Positions 30,518 to 44,993 of a DNA stretch of 64,000 bases are shown here, in pieces; the stretch's first letter is position 1; every line of letters begins with the position of its first letter. A program made the translations under genes and the position numbers. Source of the stretch: the human T2T-CHM13v2.0 reference genome, Homo sapiens; the NCBI RefSeq assembly GCF_009914755.1, contig NC_060930.1. The stretch is one strand, 5' to 3'. A model generated the notes under the pieces. It saw only the letters and a program-made list of their open reading frames with translations, was not told the origin of the DNA and did not search any database.

Positions 30518-30607
30518 ATCATTATTTTGTGATGAAAACATTTAAAATCATCATTTTGTGATGAAAACATTTAAAATCATTATTTTGTGATGAAAACATT
30601 TAAAATC
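30518..30607. repeat. 29-bp tandem repeat x3
   Basis: ATCATTATTTTGTGATGAAAACATTTAAA three times with one substitution. Confidence 0.95.
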
Positions 30608-31920
30608 CTGTGCAATGGAACGCAGAACTGATTCGTCCTAACTGAAACATTGTACACGTTGGCCAATGTCTCTCCTTTTTCCATCCGCCCTCCACTTCCC
30701 AGCCTCTTGTAATTAGCATTCTACTTTACTTCTATGAATTTGAGTTTTTTAGATTTCACATATGAGATTATACAGTATTTGTCTCTCTGTGCCTGGCTTA
30801 TTTCACTTACCATAATGTCCTCCAGGTTCATCTTTGCCGTTGCAAATGATAGAATTTCCTGGATTTTTAAGGCCTGAATAGTATTCTATTATGTATATAT
30901 ATCACCTTTAAAAATATAGTCATCTTTTGATGGACATTTATGTTGTTTCCATATCTTGGCTATTGTGAATAGTGCTGCAATGAACATGGGAGTGCAGATA
31001 TCTCTTTGACATACTGACGTCAGTTCTTTCTCAGTATATGCCAAGAAGTAAGACTGCTGGATCATATGGTAATTCTGTTTTTAGTTTTTTGGGAGAAACC
31101 ATTCTGTTTTCAAAAATGACAGTACTAACTTACAATACAACCAATAGTGTATAAGGATTCCCTTTTCTCCACATCCTCTATAACACTTATAATCTTTTCT
31201 TTTCCTTTTTAAATAATAGGCAATCTTACAGGTACAAGGTGATGTCTCACGATGGTATTAATTTGAGTATTTCTGATGATTACAGGTGTTGAACATTTTT
31301 TCTTGTATCTCTTGGCCATTTGTATGTCTTTCTTGAGAAATCTTTATTCAAATCCTTTACCCATTTTTAAATAGGGTTATTTGTTTTCTTGTTCTTGAGT
31401 AGTTTAAGTCCCTTGCATATTTTGAATAGTAAGCCCTTATTCAGTGTATGATTTGCCATTATTTTCTCCAAATCTGTGGATTCCCTCTTCGGTCTATTAA
31501 TTATGTCCTTTTCTGTGTGGAAGCTGTTTCATTTGAAACAATACTATTTGTCTATAATTGCTTCATTGCCTGCACTATTGGTGTCATATCTAGGAAATTA
31601 CTGCCCAAGCCAATGTCATGGAGCTTTTCCCTTATGTTTCACACTAGCCGTTTTATAGCTGCAGGTCTTAAGTTTAAGCCTTTAATCCAATTTGTGTTGA
31701 TTCTTTTATAAGGGGCAAGTTAAGGGTCAATCTTTGTTCTTCTATATGTACATTTCTAGTTTTCCCAGCCCTATTTACTGAAAAGATCGTCCTTTCATCA
31801 TTTCGTGTTCTTAGCACCTTTGTTGAAAATCAATTAGCCATAGAAGACATGTGCATTTATTTCTGGGCTCTCTATCTTATTTACTTCTATGAATCAATAG
31901 ATTCATAGTCAATATTTCTG

Positions 31921-32263
31921 TTTATTTATTTATTTTATTATACTTTAAGTTCTAGGGTACATGTACATGTATTATACTTTAGGTTCTAGGGTACATGTAC
32001 ACAATGTGCAGGTTTGTTACAACATGTGCCATGTTGGTTTGCTGCACCCATCAACTCATCATTTGCATTAGGTACATGGATGAAGCTGGAAACCATCATT
32101 CTCAGCAAACTATCAGAAGGACAGAAAACCCAACACTGCATTTTCTCACTCATAGGTGGGAATTGAACAATGAGAACATTTGGACAGAGGGCGGGGAACA
32201 TCACACACCAGGGCCTGTTTGGGGTGAGGGGCTGGGGGAGGGATGGTATTAACAGAAATACCT
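31921..32263 (-). mobile_element. Short L1PA (L1PA5/6-like) insertion with 5' inversion
   Basis: Minus-strand 3' terminus at 31921-32074, plus-strand upstream piece at 32075-32263; TSD AATATTTCTGTTTAT at 31911-31925 and 32264-32278. Confidence 0.92.
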
Positions 32264-32933
32264 AATATTTCTGTTTATATTCCAGTATCATGCTATTTTG
32301 ATTACTATAGATTTGTAATAAATTTTAAAATCTTGTAGTGTGATACCTTCAGCTTTATTCTTTTTGGTAAAGATTGCTTTAGCTATTCAGGATGTTTTGC
32401 AGTTCCACTTGAATTTTAGATTTTTTTTTTATTTCTGTGCATAATGACAAAGTTAAGATAGCAATTACATTGATTCTGTTGATCGCTTTGGGTAGTATGG
32501 GCATTTTTTAAATATTAATTTTTTCAATTCATAAACTGATATGTCCTTTCCATTTATTTGTGTGATCTTTAATAGTCTCATCAATGTTTTATAATTTTTG
32601 TATAAAAATCTTTTACCTCCCTGGTTAAATTTATTCCCTAGTAATTTATTTGATGACATTGTTGTAAATAAGACTTTAATTAATTTCTTTTTCAGATAGC
32701 TTATTGTTAGTCTATAGAAATGCCACTAATTTTTGTATGTTGAGTTTGTATCCTACATTTTTACTAAATTCATTTATGGATTTCAACAGTTTTTTTTTTT
32801 TGGTGGATTCTTTAGTATTTCCTTATATAAGATTATGCCATCAGCAAGCAGGCAGTTTCATTTCTTCCTTTCCTATTTTGATGTCTTTTATTCTCTTTTC
32901 TTGCCATACTGAAGTACTAAACTATAGGACTAG

Positions 32934-33229
<296 letters not shown>

Positions 33230-34837
33230 TGAATGGGCATTCTTATATTGCTCCTGATCTTAAAGAAAATGCCTTCAATTGTTTTTTTAACCATTGTGTA
33301 TGATGACAGCTGTGGGCTAGTCATTTATAGCCTTTATTGTATTGAGGAATATTCCTTCTATACCTAACTTGTTGAGTTGTTATTATAAAATGATATTCAA
33401 TTTTGTCAAATGCTTTTTCTGCATCTATTGAGATGGTCATTGTTTTTGTCCTTTGTCAATAAATATGGTGAATCACATTAAATAATTTGCATATTTCGAA
33501 ACTACTTTGCACCTCAGGGATAATTCTCACTTGGTCATGATGAATGATCCTTTTGATATATGGCTTAATGATTTGCTAGTATTGTGTTGAGAATAACATA
33601 TGATATATCTTGGAGAATGTTCTGTTTACATTTGGAAAGAATGTATATTCTGTTGCTGTTGGGCAAAATGTTACATATATGTTTGTAAGATTCATTTGGT
33701 CTAATGTGTATTTCAAGTCTAATGTTTATTGATTTTCTGTCTAGATCATCTGTGTATGGCTGAAAGTGGGGTATTGAAAGCCCTTGTAATTATTATATTG
33801 CCGTCTGTCTCCCTTCAGGTGTCTTATTGTTTTCTTTAAATATTTCAGTGCTCTTATGTTGGGTACATATATATTTATAATTGTTTTATCCTCTAGATGA
33901 ATTGACACCTTTATCACTATATAATGACCTTCTTTGTCTCTTTTTACAGTTTTTGATTTCAAGTCTATTTTGTTTGAAATAAGTGTAGCTACCCCTGGTG
34001 TTTTTTAATTTCCATTTGCATGGAATATATTTTCCTATCCCTTTACTTTCAGTCTCTCAGAGTCTGTTAAGGTGAAGTGAGTCTTTTTTAGACAGCCTAG
34101 AGGTGAGTTATTTTTTATCCATTCAATTACTGCACATTTTTTATTAGAATATTTAATCCATTTACACTTAAAGTAATTATTGATAGATAAGGACTTACTA
34201 GTGCCATTTTGTTACTTATTTTCGGGTTCTTTAGCAGACTTTTTGTTTCTTTCTTCCCCTATTGCTTTTCTTTGGTATCTGTGCGTATAATTTGATGGCT
34301 TTCTGTAAGTGGTATGCTTTGGCTTTTTTTCTTTTTGACTGTTCTGTATTTATTATAGAATTTTGCTTTGTGGTTACCCTTAAGCTAACATAAAACTTCT
34401 TATACTAACAGCTGACTATTTTAAGCTAAAAATAATGTAACTTTGATTGCATATACACATTCCACATTTTTTCTCCTGCTCCTTCCATGTTTTATATTTT
34501 TGATGTTGCAATTACATTTTAAAATAATTAGCATTCCTTAACAAATCATTATGGATTTAGTTGTTTGTAATTGTTTTGTCTGTTATCCTTCATACTAGAG
34601 ATATAAATAACCTACCCAACACCATTACAGTATTAGAGTGTTTGGATTTACAGTGTACTTACCTCTACCAGTGATTTTTATACTTTCATATGTTTTCATA
34701 TTACTAATTAGCATCATTTCCTTTAGCTTAAACAGCTTAAACAACTCACCTTAACATATCTTGTAAGGAATGTACAGTGGTGATTAACTCAATTGGTTTT
34801 TGTTAGTCTGAAAAACTCTTTATCATCCTTCAATTTT

Positions 34838-37800
34838 GTTTTAAATGTTTAAATTTTTAATTTTTATGGGTGCATAGTAGGGTTATACCTTCATGGAGTA
34901 CATGAGATATTTTGATACTGGCATACATACTCCAGGGCAAATGGAGTATCTATAACCTCCAGCAATCATAATTTCTTCATATAATGAACCTACCTATTAT
35001 ATGCCCTCAATTATTATAAAATGTACAACAAATCATTACCAATAGTAGTCACTCTTTTCTGTTACCAAATACTAGATTTTAATTATTCTAAATATTTTCG
35101 TACCCATTAACTATCACCATTTGCCATCTTTCCCATCCCTCCCAGCAATTTGTTGAAGAGACCGTCCTTTCCCCATTGTATGTTCATGATGCCGTTGTTA
35201 AAAATGCATCCACTGTAGATGCGTTGATTTATTACTGGGTTCCTTATTCTGTTCCACAGATCCATGTGTTTGTTTTTATGCCAATACCATGCTGTTTTGG
35301 TTACTACAGCTCTGCAGTATAATTTGAAGTCAGGTAAAGTGATTCCTCTTGTTTTGTTCTTTTTGCTCAGGATGGCTATCACTATTCTGGATTTTTTGTG
35401 GTTCCATATACATTTTAGAATTTTTTTTCTACTTTTGGGAAGAATGTCATTGGTATTTTGATGGGGATGGAACTGAATCTGTAGATTGCTTTGGGTAGTA
35501 TGGGCATTTTAACAATATTGATTTTTCTAATCTATGAACATAAAGTATCTTTCCTTTTGTGTGTGTGTGCTCTTTAATTTCTGGTATCAATGTTTTATAG
35601 TTTTCATTGTAGACATCTCTCACTACTCTGCTTCAGTATAGTCCTAGGTGTCTTACCAGATTGGTCACTGTTGACATATAAAAATGCTACCGATTTTTGT
35701 ATGTTTGTTTTGTATTCTGCAACTTTACTGAATTTGTTTACCAGATCTGACAGTTTTTTTTTATTTCTAGTGTTATTCTATTGTGGTCAGAGAAGATACT
35801 TGATATGATTTCACTTCTTTACTTCTTTGGATTTTTAAAACATTTGCTTTGTGGCCTGACATGCAGGTCTATCCTTGAGAATGATCCATGTGCTGAGGAG
35901 AAGAATGTGTATTCTGCAGCCATTAGATTAAATGTTCTGTAAATATCAATTAGGTACATTTGGTCTATAGTGCAGACTAAGTCTGATGTTTATTGATTTT
36001 CTATCGGAATGATCTGTCCATTGATGAAAGTGAAGTTTTGAAGTCTCCAACTATTATTGTATTGGAGTTTATTTCTCTGCGTTTCTAATGTTTGCTGTAT
36101 AAATTTGAGTATGCCAATATTGGGTGCATATATATTACAATTGTTACATTCTTTTGTTGAATTGATCCCTTTATCATTATCTAATGAACTTCTTTATCTC
36201 TTTTCATAGTTTTTGTCTTAAATTTTTTTTTTATTTGACGTAAGTATAGCTATGCCCCCTCTCTTCTGGTTTCCATTTGCATGGAATATTTTTTCATCTC
36301 TTTATTTTCAGGCTATATGTGTCTTTACAGTTGAAGTGTATTTCTTTTTTAGGCAACAGATCATTGTGCCTTTAAAAAAATCCATTCATTCACTCTATAA
36401 CTTTTGATTGGAGAGCTTAGTTTATTTACATTCAATGTTAGTATTAATGAGTAAGGACTTACTCCTGCCATGTGTTATTTGTTTTATGGTTGGTTTATGA
36501 CCTCCCCTTCCTTCCTTCCTTCCTTTCTTCCTTCCTTCCTTCCTTCCTTCCTTCCTCCTTCCATTTTCCTTTTGATTAAAGTAATTTTCTCTGGTGATAC
36601 ATTTTAATTTCTTGCCTTATATTTTTGTGTATCTCTTTTAGGTTTTTTTTTAATTTAATGTTACTATGAGGTTTGCAAGGAACATCTTATAACCTATCAT
36701 TTTAAACTCATGACAACTTAACCCTCATTACATAAACAAATAAATAATCTAACAAACGAGTAAAAAGAAAACTGATAAAAAGAAAACTTACACTTTAACT
36801 TCATCCCCCATGCTTTTCAACTTTTTGGTGTTTCTATTTATATCTTATTATATATACTATGTCTTGAAGTTGTTGTAGTTATTATTTTTGATAAGTTCAT
36901 CTGATATTCCCCTTTCTAAAGATATGAGCGCTTTATACACCACAATTACAAGGTTACAATATTGTGTATTTATCTGTGTTCTCACTGTTACCAGCAAATT
37001 TTGTACCTTCAGAATTGCTTGTTAACTTTCCTTTCTTTCAGATGAAAGAACTCCCTTTACCATTTCTTGCAGGACAGGTCGGTTGTTGAGGAAATCCTTT
37101 GGTTTTTGTTTGTCTGGGAAAGTCTTTATTTCTCCTTCATGTTTGAAGGGTATTCTTTTCTGGATATACTATTCTAAGATAAAATTTTTCTTTCTTTTTT
37201 TTTTTTCTTTTAGCATTTTATATATACCATGACACTCTCTCCTGGTCTATAAGTTTTCCCTTTAAGGTCAATAACTCTTAGATTTGCCTTTTTAAAGCTG
37301 TTTTCTAGATCTTGTAGGTGTGCTTCCTTACAATTTATTGTTTTTTATTTTGGCTACTGTGACTGTATATTTTCAAATAGCCTAACTTCAAGCTCACTAA
37401 TTCTTTCCTCTGACTGATTAATTCTGTTGTTGAGAGATTCCGATATATTCTTCAGTTTGTCAGTTAAACTTTTTAGCTCCAGAATTTCTACTTGATTGTT
37501 TTTAACTGTTTCTATTTCTTTCTTACACTTATCTGCTAGAATTCTGAATGTTTACACTGTGTTATCATAGATTTCATTGAGTTTCCTCAAAAGAGCTATT
37601 TTGAATTCTCTGTCTGAAGGTCAAACATCTGGTTACTCCACAACTGGTCACTGGCCCCTTATTTAGTTTATTTGGTGAGGTCATGTTTTCCTGGGTAGTC
37701 TTGATGCTTATGGATGTTCAACAACATCTGGTCATTAAAGACCAAGTTGTTTATTCTAATCTTTATAGTCTTGGTTTGTTTGTACCCATCCTCCTTGAGA

Positions 37801-39066
37801 AGGTTTCCAAGCATTCACATGGAATTGAGTGTCATTATCTAAATCTTTGTTCACTGCATCTGTATGTGCATTAGGAAGCACCTCAAGCTCAGTAGTGCTC
37901 CAAATCTTGCATAGCCATAGAGGTACCACCTTAGTGGTCTTGGGTAAGATCCATGAGAATTTCCTTGATTGCCAGGTGGAGTCTTTTATTCTCTTTCCTA
38001 ACTTCCCCCGCAAGCAAATGGAGCCTCTCTCTCCATGCTGTGCTACTTGGAGTTGGGGAGTGGTGATGCAAGTACTCTTGTAACTATCACCATTGGGACT
38101 TTACTGGTTCACATCTAAGGCCAGCACAATACTGGGTCTCACCCAAGGGCTGTAGCAGCTATTTCCTTGCTACCATTGATGTTTATTCAAGGTACAAGAC
38201 TCTTTTGTCAGAAGGTGGAGAATTTTGCCAGAACTGGGTCCTTTCCTTCAGAAGAGTGGGTTCCTTTCTGGCCCAAGGTGGGTCCAGAAATGTCATATGG
38301 GAGCTATGGTCTGAAATGAGGGGTCTAGGACTCTTCTTGGTGCTTTGTTTTACTGTGGCTGAGCTAGTATCCAAGTTGCAAGACAATATCTTCTTTATTC
38401 TTCTCTCTCCTTCTCAAGTTGCAAGCTGCACTGCCTGGTTTTGGGGAAGGGGTTATGCCAGCACCTCATTTGCCATTCTAGCTAGCGTCTCACTTGGTCA
38501 CATGAGCCCCAAGTCCATTGGCTCTGATCCTAACACAGCACAAGAACTTGTCCAGAAATTGCAGTTCTGTCTTTCAAATTTATTTAGGTCCCAGAACACT
38601 TTAGCCTATATTGGTGGTACCAGCCAGAACTCATGTTCCAACTGCTGGGACAAACAATTCCCCTTTGGCTAAGGCTAATCTAAATATTTCCTCCATGAGA
38701 ATGAGTCAAATTCTGCCCCATTTTGCTTTCTACTCTGACAGAACAGCACTAAATTTCAACTCAAAGTCTGACAATCACTTTGTTTTCCCTTCCCCAAGCA
38801 CACAGATTCTCTCTGTGCAACATGGCTGCTGCTGGGGCATGGAGAAGAAATAATGTAGGCAATTCAAGACTGCCTTTCCTATTTTCTTCAGTACCTCTTT
38901 ATATGATGTGAAACCAGGTACAGTATGATCACTCACCTGATTTTTGGTTCTTGTAGAGGTCCTTTTTTGTGTAGATAGCTGTTCGATTTGTTTTTCATGC
39001 AAAGTGGGGTGATGGTGGCAATCACTGGAGTGTTCTATTTAACCAACTTCTTCTGCCTACTTCCCC
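34838..39066 (-). mobile_element. Second L1MA-type element (both ends present, large internal deletions) nested in the host L1
   Basis: New 3'UTR at 34840, ORF2 remnant [20 protein letters not shown] (35107-35382), GC-richer 5'UTR at 37700-39066; diverged TSD-like TATCATCCTTCAATTTT / TATCACCCTGTAAGTTTT. Confidence 0.82.
36505..36562. repeat. (CCTT)n microsatellite
   Basis: Direct reading. Confidence 0.92.
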
Positions 39067-39516
39067 TATCACCCTGTAAGTTTTAAAAGACAGGATTGCA
39101 GGACTGAAAGACATGATTAGTATTTATAGTGTTCTTGGTTAACATATTTTTTCCTTTTAGTATTTTGAGTTTATCTTCCAGCTCCCTCCTGCCCTGCAAG
39201 ATTTCTGCTGAGATATCTGCTGATAATCTTATGGAGGTTCTTTTATGTAACAATTTGCTTTTCCTTTGCTATTTTCTAAGTTCTCTTCATATTTTGACAA
39301 TTTGATTCTGATGTGTCTCAGTATGGGTCTCTTTGGAGTCATATCATTTGATAATATTTGCGCTTCGTAGATCTGAATTTCTATATTTTTCTTCAGGCTT
39401 GGGAATTTTTCTGTTTTTTTTTTTGTATACATTTTCTATTTATCTCTTTCTTCTCCTTCTGGTACACAGATAATACAGCTGTTGTTATGTTTGATGGTGT
39501 TCTGTAAGTCTCTTAA

Positions 39517-39826
<310 letters not shown>

Positions 39827-39970
39827 TGTATGCTTTTTGTTGACCTGTCTTTGAGTTTACTGATAATTTCTTCGGCCTGATCTAGTCTAATTTTAACCAC
39901 CCCAATTGATATTTTCAGCTCACTTAAAGTATTATTCATCTCTATGACTTCTACTTTGTGCTTTTTTATA

Positions 39971-40285
39971 CAGTTGTTCCTCAGTATCCACAAGGGATTG
40001 GTTCAAGTACAGCTGACAGATACCAAAATCCACAGATGCCCATGTCTCTTCTATAAAATGGTTTAATATTTGCATATAACCAACACACATCTTTCAGTAT
40101 ATGCTAAATCATCTTTAGATTATTTATAATACCTAAGAGAATGCAAATACTATTAAATATTTATTACACTGTATTTTTTTCACTGTTGTAATGTTATGTT
40201 CTATTGTTTTGCCTTTTAAAAATATTTTTAATCCCTATTTGGTTGAATTCACAGATGCAGAACTCATGAATATGGGGGCCAACTG
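39971..40285 (+). mobile_element. MER2 (Tigger-family) DNA transposon
   Basis: TA-flanked TIRs CAGTTGTTCCTC / GGGGCCAACTG; GATACCAAAATCCACAGATGC. Confidence 0.87.
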
Positions 40286-42783
40286 TAGTTTCTATCCTTT
40301 TGAAATTGTTTGTTTTTGCAATGCTTTCCTGATTTCAGTGAGCATCTTTTTGACCAGTATTTTGAATTCCCTCTTGAGTAGATCACACGTCTCCACTTCA
40401 CTCAGGTCACTTTCTGGAGCCTTATCTTCTCTTTTTATTTGGAATATAGTTCACAGTTTCTTTATTTTACTTGACTCTGTGTGTTGATTTATTCACATAA
40501 AGTAAGGCAACTATCTCCCTCAGTCTTGTCAGACTGGCCTCACGTAGGAGAAGAATCTCACCAATCCATTCAGACTGAGATTTTAAGGCACCTCTCAAAT
40601 CTTTGTGTTTGACCAGACTACTATTTCTGTTTTTGTTGGCTCCCTGGAGTACATGATATGCCACGTCCTGTCAGTACCTCAAGACGAGTAAGGTAGAAGT
40701 CATATTCTGTAGACGTAGCTAGAAAGGTTGGAGTATTTGATGTGTGTCCCAGTTTCTTCTATCTTCACAATCAAGCTGAACATAGGAATGTATGTCCCAC
40801 AGTCTCTGCACTAAGCCATGGAGAGAATCTGCGGCAAATACTTGTACTCATACTTAGGCTATAACCTCTGATCCTGAGAAGATAGCTGTTGGACGTGGGT
40901 TGCTTATATGTTCCATTATTTTTCTGTAAACTGTGGCCTCCTCTCAGGAATACAAAGCCCCATCAACTCTCAGAGCTACATGGTTAAGAAGACACTCCCT
41001 TGGGTAGGAGCTATAAAAGTTGTGACACTCATTGCATGGCCAAACTCCTTGCAAGAAGAACGGGTAGACCAGGATTTGTCACTTAGTAGAACCAGAGGAA
41101 ATGCTTGTGAAGTGCCAATCTCTGGCTTAGGCTGCCAAAGAGCTACTGTTAGTTTACACTGTTAGCTCTGCAATGCAAGTTCATTTAAAGCCAGGCTGCT
41201 AAGTATCCCCTGGAAGAGTGTATCATAAACCTTTCATAGGGATAAACAGGGAGCTGCTTTTTAAAAGTCCCTTCTCTGGACTACTCCTGGGGGATGAAGC
41301 CCCTAAAAGTACGCGTGTGCCATTAGAGAACCACTGTGTTTTTTCCTGTGGTTTAGAAAGACTCATGTATGTCAAACCCACTTCATTCACAGAGGTGATG
41401 AATTAATAGCCTTAGAGTTAGACAGATCTTAGAGGTAAGGTGGTATATGTGAGGTCCAAGTCCTCTTCTCCACAGGGAGAAGGTAGAGGTTAGAGATTTC
41501 TTTCTCAATTTTATGGTGCACTGACTGGACTGGGATTTATACTGAACTGTGCCTTAGCTTTTTCTACCCTTCGATGTTTGCTTAGTTGCCCAGTGGGTTG
41601 GAGTCTCTCAACTGGTCTCTGACTTTGTCTCAGAGAAAATAAATCTGTGAATACATGTTTATTGGGTGCGTCCCTGGGTAGAGTGAGACTCAAGAGGTTT
41701 CCATGCTGCTATGTTGCTGATGTCACCTCCTTTAATCTTAAATATTGTCTGGTTTGTTAAGTGCATCTCTTTTGCTGCCTGGTTACATAGTTTGTTTATT
41801 TGTTTGTGTCTTTTATAAAGTAGCCTATAAATGTATTTGCAAGTTATTCATGAGGGGTGGGTCAGAAGACAAATGTTACTGTCTGGGATACTTTAAGATA
41901 TTTGAAAACAGGGATTCTCTCTTTCATTGTTTTTAATGCTTTTTAAATCTAGAAAAAATGTGCTTGATGCAATCAGTAAATGTTTATTAAATAAATGAAT
42001 TAATATCTCCATGCTTCATAAAAAGAAGCCAATCAGCAAAAACACAAATCACTCACATAAACACAACTATAATTAGTTTAAACAAGTAATCAGGTCGATA
42101 TTTCTATATTCTTGGCAAAACACTAGGCCACATTCTTAAGGCCAACTCTCTGAAAATTATTCAATATGCAACATTTTTGCTTAATGTAATTTTTTTCAGA
42201 TTTCTGTCTTTGATGTTGAAGATTAATTTCTCCTATGGGATGACTCCTCTCCCAAAATGCCATCTCCCTACAGGACCAGAAACAAACAAAGAAACAAGCA
42301 AAAATCCCACACTTCAGAAATACTCTTGCTTTTTCTCTAGCAAGTTTCATTATTCTTTGTTCGTTAGACTTAACTAGTTATAATTTAACAATTTATTACA
42401 TTAAAAGTAGTCAAATGTCATCATATTTTAATTGTATTCATACATCGCAGGATGTGACTGCTTTAAAAAAACATGTAGTATTTTCATGTGGGCAGGTAAA
42501 TATTACCTCCTTCACTGACTGAGAACTTAAGAGGAGATATTTTGTCTGTCTTGCAATAATTTTCCCCAAAGCAAGTGATTTCTGCTTAGAATTCAATAAA
42601 TATTTCTAACCAATTAAATGATTTTAAAAATTTCGGATAGAAAATTAAAACTAAATAACATCTGTAGTACTTATGGCTACTTGAAGTTTGTTACTGTCAT
42701 GACTTTACCTGTGCTGATTTTAATGAGACTGCTAGCAAAGAAAAAGGACTCAGTTCTCATTTGTGTTCTGTGTCCGTAAATAG

Positions 42784-42814
42784 TTTACCAGTAATGCCGA
42801 GAGATACCTCACGG
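42784..42814 (+). other. Candidate small exon (31 nt)
   Basis: Acceptor ..TTCTGTGTCCGTAAATAG, weak donor CGG/GTGATC, local CpG retention, open as LPVMPRDTSR. Confidence 0.12.
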
Positions 42815-43352
42815 GTGATCTGATTTAAATTCATATAAATAACTTAAAAGGAAAACTCCTATGTTGCCTTGCCCTTAGCTAATATTGTTATGCTAATGCC
42901 AAATATGAGTTATACATTCAGAAGCTTAAATGGCCAACAGTAGCTGTGTGGTTTTTTTCCTGAATTTTTTTTTGCCAAATTTTAAAACTAGGCAAGATAA
43001 CTTTCCTATGTATATTTTTATCTTTAGCTAATGTACTCAATATCAACAAAAAGAAACACAGATGTTTAAAAAGATTCAGAAAAGCAGTTGAATAAAACTT
43101 TCATAGTTCTACACATGGCATGAAATAAGTGGATTTGAAAATTAAATTTAGAGGATGAAGGCAATCATTTGAACACGATTTATGGTCCATTAAGATCTTT
43201 AATATATCTTGTTTTAAGTACATTTAATTTTACTTATAATAAAGCAGAAAACAATTTTCTTGAAAGGAATATGTGTTTTTAATAAACCTAACATTTGGTT
43301 TTTGGATTGAAATTAATCTCATATGAGACTGTAAGTTAAGAAAGTAACAACC

Positions 43353-44993
43353 CCAGTACAATGCCATTTTGGTTACTGTAGCCTTGTAGTATAGTTTGAA
43401 ATCAGGTAGCATGATGACTCCAGCTTTGATCTTTTGGCTTAGGATTGTATTGGCTATATGGGTTCTTTTTTGGTTCCTTATGAAATTTAAAGTAGTTTTC
43501 TCTAACTTTGTGACAAAAGTCAATGGTAGCTTGATGGAGATAGCATTGAATCTATAAATTACTTTGGGCAGAATGTCCATTTTCACAATATGGATTCTTC
43601 CTATCCATGAGCATGGGATGTTTTTCCATTTGTATGTATCCTCCAATGAAACAGAACAGAGGCCTCAGAAATAATGCCACACATCTACAACCATCCGATC
43701 TTTGACAAACCTAACAAAAACAAGCAATGGGGAAAGGATTCCCTATTTAATAAATGGTATTAGGAAAACTGGCTAGCCATATGCTGAAAACTGAGACTGG
43801 ACCCCTTTCTTACACTTTATACAAAAATTAACTCAAGATGGATTAAAGACTTAAACATAAGACATAAAACATAAGAACCCTAGAAGAAAACCTAGGCCAT
43901 ACCATTCAGGACATAGGCATGGGCAAAGACTTCATGACTAAAACACCAAAAGCAATTGCAACAAAAGCCAAAATTGACAAAAGGGATCTAATTAAACTAA
44001 AGAGCTTTGCACAGCAAAAGAAGCTATCATCAGAGTGAACAGGCAACCTACAGAATGGGAGAAAATTTTTGCAGTTTATCCATCTGGAAAAGGTCTAATG
44101 TCCAGAATCTACAAGGAACTTAAGCAAATTTACAAGAAAAGAACAAACAACCCTATTAAAAAGTGGGCAAAGAATATGAACAGATACTTCTCAAAAGAAG
44201 ATATTTATGCAGCCAACAAACATACGAAAAAGAGCTCATCATCGCTGGTCATTAAAGAAATACAAATCAAAACAACAATGAGATATCATCTCATGACAGA
44301 ATGGCGATCGTTAAAAAGTCAAGAAACAACAGATGCTGGAGAGGATGTGGAGAAATAGAAATACTTTTACACTGTTGGTGAGAGTGTAAATTAGTTCAAC
44401 CATTGTGGAAGACAATGTGGTGATTCCTCAAGGATCTAGAACCAGAAATACAATTTGACCATCAATCCCATTACTGGGTATATACCCAAAGCATTATAAA
44501 TCATTCTACTATAAAGACACACGCACAGGTATGTTTATTGCAGCACTGTTCAAAATAGCAAAGGCTTAGAACCAACCCAAATGCCCATTGATAGACTGGA
44601 TAAAGAAAATGTGGCACACATACAACATGCAATACTATGCATCCATGAAAAAGGATGAGTTCATGTCCTTTGCAGGAACATGGATGAAGCTGGAAACCAT
44701 CATTCTCAACAAACTAACACAGGAACAGAAAACCAGACATCACACGTTCTCACTCATAAGTGGGAGTTGGACAATGGGAACACATGGACACAGGGAGGGG
44801 AACATCACACACTGGGGCCTGTTGGCGGGCAGGGGACTAGGGGAGGGGTAGCATTAGGAGAAATAACTAATATAGATGACAGGTTGAGGGGCGGAGCAAG
44901 CCACCATGGCACATGTATACCTATGGAACAATTCTACATGTTCTGCACATGTATCCCGGAACTTAAAGTATAATTTTAAAAAAATTGACAAAA
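43353..44993 (+). mobile_element. L1PA7-like LINE-1, ~1.6 kb, with inverted 5' segment
   Basis: Minus-strand ORF2 piece at 43353-43643 ([27 protein letters not shown]), plus-strand ORF2 end and 3'UTR at 43644-44993; TSD AAAGTAACAACCCCA / AAAATAAAAACCCCA. Confidence 0.93.

Noticed and set aside
30518-30607. 29-bp repeats resembling CRISPR repeat length
   Set aside because: Head-to-tail with no spacers, in primate L1 sequence, and no cas genes.
38205-38672. 155-aa ORF
   Set aside because: Antisense to the 5'UTR of the nested L1MA; no recognisable domain.
42808-42819. Minus-strand 12-nt microexon ATCACCCGTGAG
   Set aside because: Poor polypyrimidine tract, weak donor and no other minus-strand exon support.
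43230-44973. ORFs with reverse-transcriptase-protein similarity
   Set aside because: Fragments of L1 ORF2 in a truncated, inverted, dead element.
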